Positions 1 to 9,363 of a DNA stretch of 64,000 nucleotides are shown piece by piece. The translations under genes were made by a program, and so were the position numbers. The notes beneath the pieces were generated by a model, which worked only from the letters and a program-made list of their open reading frames with translations, searched no databases and was not told where the DNA came from. Position 1 is the first letter of the stretch. Each line of letters opens with the position of its first letter. Origin of the DNA: an uncultured Candidatus Saccharibacteria bacterium (GTDB lineage Bacteria > Patescibacteriota > Saccharimonadia > Saccharimonadales > Saccharimonadaceae); contig CARBGY010000002.1 of assembly GCA_948945085.1 (NCBI GenBank), positions 45,065 to 109,064 of the forward strand. The letters are read 5' to 3'.

Positions 1-1097
1 TTACTAATATCTTCGTTAATTTGACCAGCAATAATCCCACCAATCGCGATAATTAATGCAACCATACAAGTCCAAATTGAGGGGACATACGGAACACCGT
101 CTTTGGTGCGTTTTGACCAAGATTTTGGAAAAGTGCCATCTTCGGCAGCATAAGCAATAACGGAATTAACACCGAAGTTCCAAGATGCAATGTTGGCAAT
201 TAGGGTATAAATGAAGAGCCCACCAACAACAACGACGATCGCCTTAGCAAGACCGGCAGAAAAACCAATGATGCTAAGCAAAGTTTCGTAGCTTGCGATA
301 AGCCCAGTGTCGGTCTGTAATTCTTCAAGAGGAATAGCAACACCAATACCAAAGCTTGGTAGAAGATAGAAAATTGCAATTAAAATTCCACCAATAATAA
401 TAGCCTTTGGAATTTCTTTTTTAGGATTTTCCATATCACCGCTAAACGTCGAGACAACCTCAAAGCCGAGCATGTTGAAAATAATGAGGGAAACAAAACC
501 CAGTCCAGTAAGACTAAAGTGACCGTTCTCAACAAGTGGCAATAAGTCAGTAAAGGAATTGACCGGATTAGCAGTTCCCTGCGTAAAGAGCACATAAATG
601 CCAAGCGCACCAAGTCCAGCCATAAAGATGAACTTAGCGACGGCACCAACGTTAGATAAAACATCGCTTTGCGAAACTCGTAAAACTCCCAGCACGCTAA
701 CTAAGAGGATGTAGAAGACTTGAATCGCAAGGATGAGTGGCCAAGTCATTTCGAAGCCTAGCATTTGCATAATGATGGTCGTGACGAGGTCGGCGAGCGA
801 AGCTATCCAAAGCGGATAGTTTACCCAGTAATACCAAGCAACGCGCCCTGCCCATTTCGGCCCAAAAGCTTTTTTTACCCAGGTATACATGCCGCCTTCA
901 GAAGGATATTGTGTACCGAGCTCAGCAGAAATTAAACCGTATGGTACAAAGAACCCCAACAGCATAATAATCCACCAGAAATATTGTGAATTGCCAATCG
1001 CGGCGGTCGGCGCGACGGCGTCACCAACGAGAATAATACAGACTGTAGCAAGAACGGCGCTAAACAATCTAAATTTATATTTGTGTTTTTTAGGCAT
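1..1097 (-). CDS. aguD: APC-family permease, probable agmatine/putrescine antiporter (3' end runs off the window)
   Basis: Manual translation from ATG at 1097: MPKKHKYKFRLFSAVLATVCIILVGDAVAPTAAIGNSQYFWW...PYGLISAELGTQYPSEGGMYTWVKKAFG...GFEVVS. Open to the window edge; TAATG coupling to ptcA. Not in the ORF track because no stop is reached. Confidence 0.75.
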   Translation of the reverse strand, partial: MPKKHKYKFRLFSAVLATVCIILVGDAVAPTAAIGNSQYFWWIIMLLGFFVPYGLISAELGTQYPSEGGMYTWVKKAFGPKWAGRVAWYYWVNYPLWIASLADLVTTIIMQMLGFEMTWPLILAIQVFYILLVSVLGVLRVSQSDVLSNVGAVAKFIFMAGLGALGIYVLFTQGTANPVNSFTDLLPLVENGHFSLTGLGFVSLIIFNMLGFEVVSTFSGDMENPKKEIPKAIIIGGILIAIFYLLPSFGIGVAIPLEELQTDTGLIASYETLLSIIGFSAGLAKAIVVVVGGLFIYTLIANIASWNFGVNSVIAYAAEDGTFPKSWSKRTKDGVPYVPSIWTCMVALIIAIGGIIAGQINEDIS

Positions 1098-2116
1098 TAT
1101 TTACCCTCCTTTTGGTTTTTAATGATTTCCATGATTGGCTCTGCAACACCACCGAAGTAAGCGAGTAAACCACGTTGAGCAGTGAGACGATTTTCGGCCT
1201 GATCCCAAGCGACGGAATGTGGACCGTCGAGAACGCTATCGGTAACTTCTTCATTGCGATTAGCAGGCAAACAATGCATGAATTTAACATTAGGGTTACC
1301 AGTCAGGGCAAGAAGTTCGTCATTGACCTGATACTTCGGATAAAACTCACGCATGTAAACATCTTTAGGAGTTTCTTTGTCGTAAAGGCCATACCAAACA
1401 TCAGCATAAATAAAGTCGGCACCTTCAAGATAGATGGGATTATCAGTAACGTGAACGCTACCGCCGTATTGTTGAACGTTAGCACGACCAATTTGAAGAT
1501 AATGATCGTTTAGCCATTTAGCTGGAGGGCCGTACTGAATAAAATTCATTCCCATCTTAGTCGTAATCATCATGAGTGACGCGCAAACTTGTGTTGAATC
1601 GCCAACGAAAACGACTTTGGTCTGGTTCCACGGTTTTCCTTCAGGTAAATGGTCGAAGATAGTAATAATATCGCCGAGTTCCTGAGTAGGATGATTATAA
1701 TCAGACATGCCGTTAATGACCGGTACGGTCGAGCGTGTAGCAAGCTCGAGGATGCTAGTATGACGATCGACGCGAGCCATAATCATGTCACACATGCGAC
1801 TCAATACTTCAGCAGTATCGCCAATAGTTTCGTGGGCGCCGAGCTGGATGGCGCCAGGAGCGAGATTTAGAGCATGCCCACCAAGTTGCTCCATGCCAAC
1901 TTCAAAAGAGACCCGAGTACGGGTCGATTTTTGCTCGAAGAGCATGGCTAGATTTTTGTGGTAGAGATTATTAAGAGTATTACCAGACTTAATGTAATCG
2001 CGAATTGCAGTTGAAATTTTAACCAAATCAAGCATTTCTGATTGATCAAATTCGGTAGTATCGATAAAATCTTTATGAGTTGGTACTTTGTGTGTTAAAA
2101 CGTAAGGATTTTCCAT
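1097..2116 (-). CDS. ptcA: Putrescine carbamoyltransferase
   Basis: STRTR, HPTQ and HCLP carbamoyltransferase motifs; DVWYGLY loop typical of putrescine rather than ornithine (SMG) transcarbamylases; adjacent APC antiporter. Confidence 0.88.
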   Translation of the reverse strand: MENPYVLTHKVPTHKDFIDTTEFDQSEMLDLVKISTAIRDYIKSGNTLNNLYHKNLAMLFEQKSTRTRVSFEVGMEQLGGHALNLAPGAIQLGAHETIGDTAEVLSRMCDMIMARVDRHTSILELATRSTVPVINGMSDYNHPTQELGDIITIFDHLPEGKPWNQTKVVFVGDSTQVCASLMMITTKMGMNFIQYGPPAKWLNDHYLQIGRANVQQYGGSVHVTDNPIYLEGADFIYADVWYGLYDKETPKDVYMREFYPKYQVNDELLALTGNPNVKFMHCLPANRNEEVTDSVLDGPHSVAWDQAENRLTAQRGLLAYFGGVAEPIMEIIKNQKEGK

Positions 2117-2231
2117 AGTTACATTATAGACTTTTATTCTAGAAAAGCAAGTGATTAATTATGCTTATCTCTTGACTTTTGGTAATTTTCTGCTATAGAA
2201 TCGACAGCAGATCCACGACCCTGGATTGCCA

Positions 2232-3311
2232 CTAAGAAATACTCGCGAGATGGTCTTTTGCCTTTTTTGTCACGGCACGTCCGCGCGGAGTACGTTCGAT
2301 AAGTCCAAGCTGTAGCATATACGGTTCATAATAGTCTTCGATAGTAGCGGCTTCGTCGCCAGTCAAGGCAGCGATGGTGTTAAGACCGACAGGGCGGTCG
2401 CCATAATTCTCTAGCATGAGCTGGAGCATATTGCGGTCAGCCGGGTCGAGTCCAAGATTGTCGATCTCCATCATCTCGAGAGCAGATCGCGCAAGTTCAA
2501 CATTGATAAAACCGTCACCATTCACATCAGCATAATCGCGTACGCGCTTCGTAAGGCGGTTAGCGATGCGCGGAGTGAGGCGAGAGCGCGTTGCGAGTAA
2601 ATTGGTTGCTTCAGGTTGGATACCAGTACCAAGAAGGTTCGCTGTACGCATAATAATGCGCTCAATCTCAGGAATTTTATAATACTCAAGTCGATGAATT
2701 AGGCCAAATCGGTCGCGCAATGGGCCAGCCAGCGAACCAGTACGCGTAGTTGCGCCAATGACGGTAAATTTGGGGAGATCGAGACGAACTGATCGAGCGG
2801 CAGGTCCTTTACCAATCACGATGTCAAGTTTATAATCCTCCATAGCAGAATATAAAATTTCTTCAACCGTGCGACGCAAGCGATGAATTTCGTCAATAAA
2901 AAGTACGTCGCCAGGTTGTAAATTAGTTAAAATCGAAGCGAGATCGCCGGCACGTTCGATGGCTGGACCAGAAGTAACACGAAGATTAGCGCCCATTTCG
3001 CGAGCAATGACGTTTGCCATAGTTGTCTTACCTAATCCTGGAGGACCGTAAAGCAAAACATGATCCAATGCGGAGCCGTCATCACGTTTTCTTATAGCAT
3101 CGATAGCAAGTTTAAGATTAGTTTTTAGACGTTCTTGGCCAATATAATCAGCAAACGTAAGCGGACGAAGCGTAACTTCTTCGTCTTGCTCGGAAGAATC
3201 GTCAGGGTTTGTGCTTGAGTCAACAAGTCGATGGGGCTCGTGAGTTTGATCAGCAACTTGTTTTGCGATTTCGGCGATTTCTTCAGTATCGATGCTGCGC
3301 TCTATGGCCAT
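2232..3311 (-). CDS. ruvB: Holliday junction branch migration helicase RuvB
   Basis: LRP...[38 protein letters not shown]. Confidence 0.97.
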   Translation of the reverse strand: MAIERSIDTEEIAEIAKQVADQTHEPHRLVDSSTNPDDSSEQDEEVTLRPLTFADYIGQERLKTNLKLAIDAIRKRDDGSALDHVLLYGPPGLGKTTMANVIAREMGANLRVTSGPAIERAGDLASILTNLQPGDVLFIDEIHRLRRTVEEILYSAMEDYKLDIVIGKGPAARSVRLDLPKFTVIGATTRTGSLAGPLRDRFGLIHRLEYYKIPEIERIIMRTANLLGTGIQPEATNLLATRSRLTPRIANRLTKRVRDYADVNGDGFINVELARSALEMMEIDNLGLDPADRNMLQLMLENYGDRPVGLNTIAALTGDEAATIEDYYEPYMLQLGLIERTPRGRAVTKKAKDHLASIS

Positions 3312-3410
3312 AATTAAATAATACCTCGGTAAAAATGTTTGAATATAAGCTAGTGAGCTAATCTTTAAACTGAAAGGTCGATTAGCTCACTTATAAGCTT
3401 AGTAACTTAT

Positions 3411-3959
3411 CTAGTAGTTTTCGCAGTTGATTTCAAAAAAGGCTTTTGGATGAGCACAAACAGGGCAAATCTCAGGAGCTTGTTCGCCAGTAAAGACATA
3501 GCCACAGTTACGACACTTCCAAACTGTAACTTTATCACTCTTAAAGACGATGTCGTGTTCAACTTTGTTATGGAGCTTAATATAACGCTCTTCGTGATGC
3601 TTCTCGATAGCGGCAACCTGTTCAAATTTTACAGCAATTTCATCGTAGCCTTCTTCGCGAGCCTCTTTAGCAAAATCTTCGTACATAGTTGTCCATTCGT
3701 AATGTTCGCCTTCAGCAGCTGCTTCAAGGTTTTTAGCGGTGTCCGCGACAGCTCCGCCATGTAGGAACTTGTACCACATTTTTGCGTGCTCTTTTTCGTT
3801 ATGTGAGGTTTCATCAAAGATGCTAGCGATTTGTTCGTAACCGTCCTTTTTAGCGCGAGAAGAGAAATATTGATAGCGAATTGCGGCTTGCGATTCTCCA
3901 GCTAGCGCAGCTTCAAGATTTTTCCAGGTTTTGCTAGAACGGTCAAGTTCTTTTGCCAT
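3411..3959 (-). CDS. rbr: Rubrerythrin
   Basis: GESQA, E..HA and E..HE di-iron motifs; C-terminal WKCRNCGY...CPVC rubredoxin domain. Confidence 0.93.
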   Translation of the reverse strand: MAKELDRSSKTWKNLEAALAGESQAAIRYQYFSSRAKKDGYEQIASIFDETSHNEKEHAKMWYKFLHGGAVADTAKNLEAAAEGEHYEWTTMYEDFAKEAREEGYDEIAVKFEQVAAIEKHHEERYIKLHNKVEHDIVFKSDKVTVWKCRNCGYVFTGEQAPEICPVCAHPKAFFEINCENY

Positions 3960-4038
3960 TGTATTACTCCTTGTTAGTTCTTATTTATTGTAGCACAGTA
4001 ACTTTAAATACAGAAGTCAGAAACGATGGTGCTGGAGC

Positions 4039-5187
4039 TTACAACTGCCCATTATTATCGCATGGACCATTTTCGGTCCAACAATTTTGGGTAATCCAAA
4101 AGTTTTTACGAAGACTATTGTCGTCATCTCCACTTAGCTCAACTTCGTACTGGGGGTATGGGAAGAAAATATCGGCAGGATCGAGACGAGTTTCGATGCG
4201 GCGGACGAGTTGGTTAGCACGACCAGTTGAGTCGACGCTAATCTGAACGTTTTCGAATTCAATCACAGTACCATCATTCTTTTGCAGGGTGAGCGCAAAA
4301 TCAGTAATTGTATCACCATACGGCATAGAAACGACAAGCATTGCGTTACCGCCAGCCTCAAAATCAAGCCCAGAAAGCTCAACTTCACAAGCAAACTCAT
4401 TATGCTCGCATTTAATCAAAAATGGGGTATTTGCAATATCGGAGTTACCAGCTTCGTTAATCTGGGCTTGGGTAATTGTATTAACAGCCGAATTGTCGCT
4501 ACTTGGCAAAAGTACCATCGTACTATAATTTGTAGAGGTGCTATTATTAAAGCTATTAATATCAATATTCGGCCCAGTTTTTAATAAGCTAAGAGTTAAA
4601 GTCGGCGGTGTCGTGGCATTATTAATGGCACCAAGTTTACCGTCGCTATTCAAACGAAAATCTGTACCATTAATCTCGGAATACCATCGAAATGTTACTG
4701 ATTTAACTTCGCTGAGGGATGTACTGCCGATACCAAGCGGAATAACGCGTGTCCGGGTATCCGAGGTTAAAGTTGAGCGATAATCTGGAACGCGATTAGC
4801 GAGAATGACGCAAGTGTAGGCTTGGTCGGCATTATTAGAAGTACTTTCCTGAACCAACACTTCGCCAGGATAAGTATCGCCATACAAATAAGTTTTAAGG
4901 CGAAAATCATCACAGTTACCACCAAATAAACTACCACAAGTTGCAGAATCGCCACTAGCGTTAACGCATTGGTAATATTGGTTAACGGCACGCTTAGCAT
5001 CTTCTACACCGACCAGCGCAGAGTCAAGAGCGGATTGCGATAAGTCGTCATTACTACTTTGAGTATTTTCGGAAAGAATGATGCGAATAAAACTTAAAGC
5101 GATAACACCAAAGAGAATAGTGACAAAAATTACCACATAAAGCGAGGCAACACCTTTTTTAGTTTTAGATGGATCAAGTACTTGCAT
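4039..5187 (-). CDS. PilX-like minor pilin / pilus assembly protein
   Basis: KKG|VASLY followed by a hydrophobic helix and SQSALDSALVGVEDAKR; last gene of the pilin cluster. Confidence 0.6.
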   Translation of the reverse strand: MQVLDPSKTKKGVASLYVVIFVTILFGVIALSFIRIILSENTQSSNDDLSQSALDSALVGVEDAKRAVNQYYQCVNASGDSATCGSLFGGNCDDFRLKTYLYGDTYPGEVLVQESTSNNADQAYTCVILANRVPDYRSTLTSDTRTRVIPLGIGSTSLSEVKSVTFRWYSEINGTDFRLNSDGKLGAINNATTPPTLTLSLLKTGPNIDINSFNNSTSTNYSTMVLLPSSDNSAVNTITQAQINEAGNSDIANTPFLIKCEHNEFACEVELSGLDFEAGGNAMLVVSMPYGDTITDFALTLQKNDGTVIEFENVQISVDSTGRANQLVRRIETRLDPADIFFPYPQYEVELSGDDDNSLRKNFWITQNCWTENGPCDNNGQL

Positions 5188-5224
5188 AACTTAATTATAG
5201 CATATACATTTTTACATATTCGGA

Positions 5225-6190
5225 TTAAATTCCAGCAGTGCGCGCAGCAAAGTTAAATTTATTAATAGCACAATAATTAAATTCGGCACCGAGCGTCAAA
5301 ATATTACCGGAATCATCTGACTCACCAGTAATTTCATCAACCATATGTGGACTACAATAATCTCCACTGCGCATGATATCGACACCACCGCGCATTGTAG
5401 CGAGAATAAATGTTCCGGACATGTATGTGCGAAGCGTAACTGAATCTTGGCTAATTGGAAAAACTGTAAACTCATAAAGTGCGAGGCCGAGATCGGACAT
5501 TTCCTTTGATGTATTAAAATTTTCAAGCATGCCTTCTATGGGCGGATTTGTGTAATAAGGTAAAGTACCACCGGTACGGGCAAGCGACGTAATATCAATA
5601 ATCATGTCGGAACTGAAAATTGAATCATATTTACCATTCGCGTCCATCACAGCGGAACAAACTCGGTAATTTTTGTCTTCGACACGCATAAGTCGCGAAG
5701 CTTCAGTCGTAATAATGTTTCCACTCATGTCGCGATAGCGAAGTCGGAGAGTATTGCCGCCGGAATTTTCGGCATAGGCGGTGTTCCAAATATATGAATA
5801 GAACCCTGTACAAAAAATGCCGTTGTATTGTTCCCCACGCTCGTTCTGACTAGCATGAAAAATATAGCTGAAGGCATGATCTTTTTCACATTCTGCAATG
5901 CTTTCGGCATCGTAGTTAGCAAGACTGTTACAAAGGCTAGTAGTGTCGACGGAAGGCGCGGTGTTGATGGCAGATGTCAACTCATCAATTAAGCCACGTC
6001 CAACGCTATCAACCGATTTGAGGGTGAGGCCTTTTTGATAAATGGCAAGGATATTAATGAGAATCATTGCGATTGAAATCAGTAAAGCACCGATGAAGGC
6101 GAGCGCAATAGAAAGTTCTACGAGTGTAAAACCTTTTTTGGTCGACTGAGTAAGTTTTTTTACGCTAGTAGGATTTTGTATAATTTTCAT
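5225..6190 (-). CDS. Type IV prepilin-like (N-methylation motif) protein
   Basis: KKG|FTLVEL plus hydrophobic helix. Confidence 0.8.
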   Translation of the reverse strand: MKIIQNPTSVKKLTQSTKKGFTLVELSIALAFIGALLISIAMILINILAIYQKGLTLKSVDSVGRGLIDELTSAINTAPSVDTTSLCNSLANYDAESIAECEKDHAFSYIFHASQNERGEQYNGIFCTGFYSYIWNTAYAENSGGNTLRLRYRDMSGNIITTEASRLMRVEDKNYRVCSAVMDANGKYDSIFSSDMIIDITSLARTGGTLPYYTNPPIEGMLENFNTSKEMSDLGLALYEFTVFPISQDSVTLRTYMSGTFILATMRGGVDIMRSGDYCSPHMVDEITGESDDSGNILTLGAEFNYCAINKFNFAARTAGI

Positions 6191-7083
6191 TAAACATTCT
6201 CCGGATTATATAAACGAATAACTGTGTCGAGTGCACTAGGATTCCGAGTATTTGGACCATACCAACAAGTTTCAATATAAAAATCGTAATATTCGGGCAT
6301 GCTACTACCATCAGTGACGGCAACTACCCAAATTCCCTCGGCACGCGCGACGCGATCATAGATAATGCCGCCATCGGTAAATTGAGTAGTTGAGTCACCG
6401 GCGCCGGGGTTGTTTGCGCTAGTATAAATAATGCGAGCATTAAGAGGCGCTTCGGTAAAAACTTCTGGATGCGTACGTGCGCTAACGTATGATAAATCAA
6501 TATTAATACGACCAGAGCTCGTCAGGCTACTAAGGTCACGTGTATTAAGTACGAAAGCATGACTACGACTTAATAGCGTACCGCTAGTGGTATTTTCATA
6601 AACTCGCGAACATCCATTAGTACTAAAAATGGTATCAGTAGTATCTTTATCATTAACGGTGCCAGCAAGGTCAAGGATACCAATATTGGCGGCATCGAGT
6701 GGATTAATAGCATTACTAATAATTGTATTCCAAAGTTCGGCATATTGTTGATACTTTTCGCCAGCATCGATTTGGGATTGCGTAAGATCGTTGTAGGTTG
6801 GTAAAGTTTTTTCGGAGATATAAGAACTATGGATAAAACGGAGTGCTTCGGCCTGGGCGTTAAGTTCATTTCTAGCAGTAGTAACTTCAAGGGCATTTTC
6901 GGCATTAGCAATACCTAAATTCATCATTGTAATAGTAATAACGGTAACTAGGCTAAAAATAGTAAGAGCCAGAATAACTTCAATAATCGTATCACCACGA
7001 CAGCTCGTCATCAAACTATGACGTAACGTCATAGTTGTAGTCTTGCGACTTCTTTTGTGGGATGAGGATTTTTTTAGCGACAT
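6190..7083 (-). CDS. Type IV prepilin-like protein
   Basis: RG|DTIIEV plus hydrophobic helix; coupled to both neighbours; exact start uncertain. Confidence 0.7.
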   Translation of the reverse strand: MSLKKSSSHKRSRKTTTMTLRHSLMTSCRGDTIIEVILALTIFSLVTVITITMMNLGIANAENALEVTTARNELNAQAEALRFIHSSYISEKTLPTYNDLTQSQIDAGEKYQQYAELWNTIISNAINPLDAANIGILDLAGTVNDKDTTDTIFSTNGCSRVYENTTSGTLLSRSHAFVLNTRDLSSLTSSGRINIDLSYVSARTHPEVFTEAPLNARIIYTSANNPGAGDSTTQFTDGGIIYDRVARAEGIWVVAVTDGSSMPEYYDFYIETCWYGPNTRNPSALDTVIRLYNPENV

Positions 7084-7889
7084 TTTACCTCCGGATCGTC
7101 GTCGGAAAGAATGTTGATTGCAGAAGTATTGTGGCCGTCGGCTCGAAGACGTACATCGCGAACAATGTTGCTATTGCCCGATTTAATACAGAAGTTTAAG
7201 TCTTCGCGAGTCGAAAAAGATCCAGGGTTTTCGTCGAGAAAAGTATGGAAACGGGTGCTAGCACTTTGGTTGTCGGGCTGGCAGTTTTGCTTCAGGTTAA
7301 ACTGTTCTATACTGTAGGCGGTATGGACAGTACCGGATGTCGGGGAACGAGCGATAATGACGGTTCCAGTGAATTGTTGGTTGTCAGGGTTCATGATTTT
7401 GGATTCCCATAACGGATGGTAGAGGTCAACGGTAGAATCAAGTTCTGCTTCGGTACTACCACAAAATAGTCGCGCATCAACGGATTTTAGTTCTTCAGCA
7501 AAAGTTCCGCTACCACTAGGAATTTCTGTATTTCCAATTAATGTTGCGGTATAAACAGTGTCTTGGTGGCTGCTAGACTCTTCTAGCCCAAAAACGATAA
7601 CTTTACCGTAAATTGCGTAATCATTAGATGCGCCAGTGCCGAGCGTTTCTGGACTAATCACCTCGGCATAAGTCTGACGAAGAAACTCAGCGAACGAACG
7701 GACGGAGTCGTTATAACGTTGCACAGCAATAGTCGTATAGGTACCGGCGATCACACCGACAAGAATTAAGCCAGAAAGGCCCAAAAATAACATCACTTCG
7801 ATAATTGTAAAACCGGAGCGAGTATGATCTTTTGAGGTTTTTTTGCGTAAGTTGTTTGATGACTTACTGAAAAAACGGAAACCGCTCAT
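7074..7889 (-). CDS. Type IV prepilin-like protein
   Basis: SG|FTIIEV plus hydrophobic helix. Confidence 0.8.
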   Translation of the reverse strand: MSGFRFFSKSSNNLRKKTSKDHTRSGFTIIEVMLFLGLSGLILVGVIAGTYTTIAVQRYNDSVRSFAEFLRQTYAEVISPETLGTGASNDYAIYGKVIVFGLEESSSHQDTVYTATLIGNTEIPSGSGTFAEELKSVDARLFCGSTEAELDSTVDLYHPLWESKIMNPDNQQFTGTVIIARSPTSGTVHTAYSIEQFNLKQNCQPDNQSASTRFHTFLDENPGSFSTREDLNFCIKSGNSNIVRDVRLRADGHNTSAINILSDDDPEVKCR

Positions 7890-7932
7890 GTTTTCATTTT
7901 AGCATATTTTAGGTAAGTTTAGGGAAGTTATC

Positions 7933-8370
7933 CTAAAATTTCATACCAAAAAGAAAGGCCATCCATTGTTCAAAATTGCTCATTTCTTTGGTCTTAGGAC
8001 TACTTGCAACAACATCGGCGACGTGTTTGGTTTTAGCGGCTTCAGAGTTAGAAGGAAGGTAAATCATAGTTTCGCCAGGAAGTTTTCTACCCTGATATTT
8101 ACGAGCGGCAAGTTCCTGGTATTCAGCGGAGTGATAGTATTCATTTTCAAGTTCTAAGGTTTCTACTTCAAGTTCCAATAAAGCACGCTCACGTTGACGG
8201 CTGATTAGTTCTTGTGCGAGTGCCCAGTTGCGCGAAAGTGAGCCAATTGTCCCCCATGTCCAAAGCAAACAGAGCACAATCGCGATAAAAATGAGGACAT
8301 TATCAAAAACGAAAAAGTCGCGCTTAAGCCAATATTTAGCTTTACGAGCCTTAGTCTTTAACTCAGTCAT
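7933..8370 (-). CDS. Septum formation initiator (DivIC/FtsB-like) membrane coiled-coil protein
   Basis: Single TM, coiled coil, then YQELAARKYQGRKLPGET resembling E..AR..LG...PGE. Confidence 0.5.
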   Translation of the reverse strand: MTELKTKARKAKYWLKRDFFVFDNVLIFIAIVLCLLWTWGTIGSLSRNWALAQELISRQRERALLELEVETLELENEYYHSAEYQELAARKYQGRKLPGETMIYLPSNSEAAKTKHVADVVASSPKTKEMSNFEQWMAFLFGMKF

Positions 8371-8415
8371 GTCTGTATTATAACATGGTTAAGTTTACTA
8401 GCTAGTCTTTTAGCC

Positions 8416-8661
8416 TAACTACTTTTGTCTTACTTTAGATATTATATTTATTTATATACTTAGACAGCGGATGGGGTAGGTATGCCAACGAGAGTATGGA
8501 CCAGTGGCAGTATAAACATCTGTAGATGAGATGCTGAAGTGGTAGACATTAGCGGACACAAGGGAGCTATAATCGACCGCAGTCTTAGCTATATTATCGC
8601 CATTAATGGCGAGAGTACGAATAGAACCACTAGGAACATGAAGGTATCCGCTACGGACGAA
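8416..8661 (-). repeat. Variable cassette A1: start-less CLec/Fib_succ_major-like C-terminal fragment plus tail type 1
   Basis: Reads FVRSGYLHVPSGSIRTLAINGDNIAKTAVDYSSLVSANVYHFSISSTDVYTATGPYSRWHTYPIRCLSI*. Anchors TTCGTCCGTAGCGGA (8661-8647) and CCCCATCCGCTGTCTA (8476-8461). Confidence 0.85.
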
Positions 8662-8700
8662 GAAATAGTGTTATTATAATAATTGTATTACAAGAGAAAA

Positions 8701-8724
8701 AGGCTGCTCTGAATAGAGCAGCCT
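8701..8724 (-). terminator. Intrinsic terminator
   Basis: 10-bp perfect stem AGGCTGCTCT/AGAGCAGCCT followed by a T-run on the minus strand. Confidence 0.7.
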
Positions 8725-8883
8725 GAGACTTTTTTGGTGAATGAGTAGAACGGAATAAGTTCTACAACATTCAAAACGCGGCAAAATACCTGTAAATTCG
8801 CAGGTTTGAGCTAGATCTAGCTCGGATGTGGGCAACATATATGAGAACATATACGTCGGCGACAGAATGAGGTAGAGACGGTT

Positions 8884-9228
8884 TTAATATGGGCGGCTAT
8901 TTCGAATCTTAGCCAGTTGCTTTTGTCTTTCTCGCTGCCTTTGTTCTTGCGCCTCTTTTGTCGAGCTACAACGCGACTTATTGTAGTCTTCTGTTAGTTT
9001 TTGCACTTCTTCTTGTAATTTTCCCTTTGACCATCCCTCGCTCTCTGCTTTATCGGAGAGCCCACGAAATCCTAGCCATTCTAGTTCAGTCATTTCACTT
9101 ATATCGGCCAGAAAGCCTGGCGGATAAATTTTACGACTGATTTCGTCTTTATAGATTTTATAGCATTGTTCACATAAATCATCACTAAGGTAATAAGTAA
9201 CAGCACTGTTGCAACCTTTACACCACAT
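8884..9228 (-). CDS. Hypothetical protein with N-terminal CxxC...CxxC
   Basis: 114-aa ORF with AGGAGG upstream. Confidence 0.6.
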   Translation of the reverse strand: MWCKGCNSAVTYYLSDDLCEQCYKIYKDEISRKIYPPGFLADISEMTELEWLGFRGLSDKAESEGWSKGKLQEEVQKLTEDYNKSRCSSTKEAQEQRQRERQKQLAKIRNSRPY

Positions 9229-9363
9229 AGCAAACTTGCCTCCTTTTTCTAAAAAGTAAAGATACTAGATACAGAATAGGTAATATGCACTCTGCGGAGA
9301 TTGTATCACACCAGCTTAAGAATAGCAATCTTAAGCAATTTAAAATTTCTATCTCAACTTAAG

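Noticed and set aside
1097..2116. argF/arcB (ornithine carbamoyltransferase) call
   Set aside because: Lacks the SMG loop and has DVWYGLY, favouring putrescine carbamoyltransferase.
2172..2201. Promoter-like TTGACT...TAGAAT on the + strand facing the ruvB 3' end
   Set aside because: No downstream ORF or RNA is recognisable and the spacing is ambiguous; cannot be supported without transcript data.
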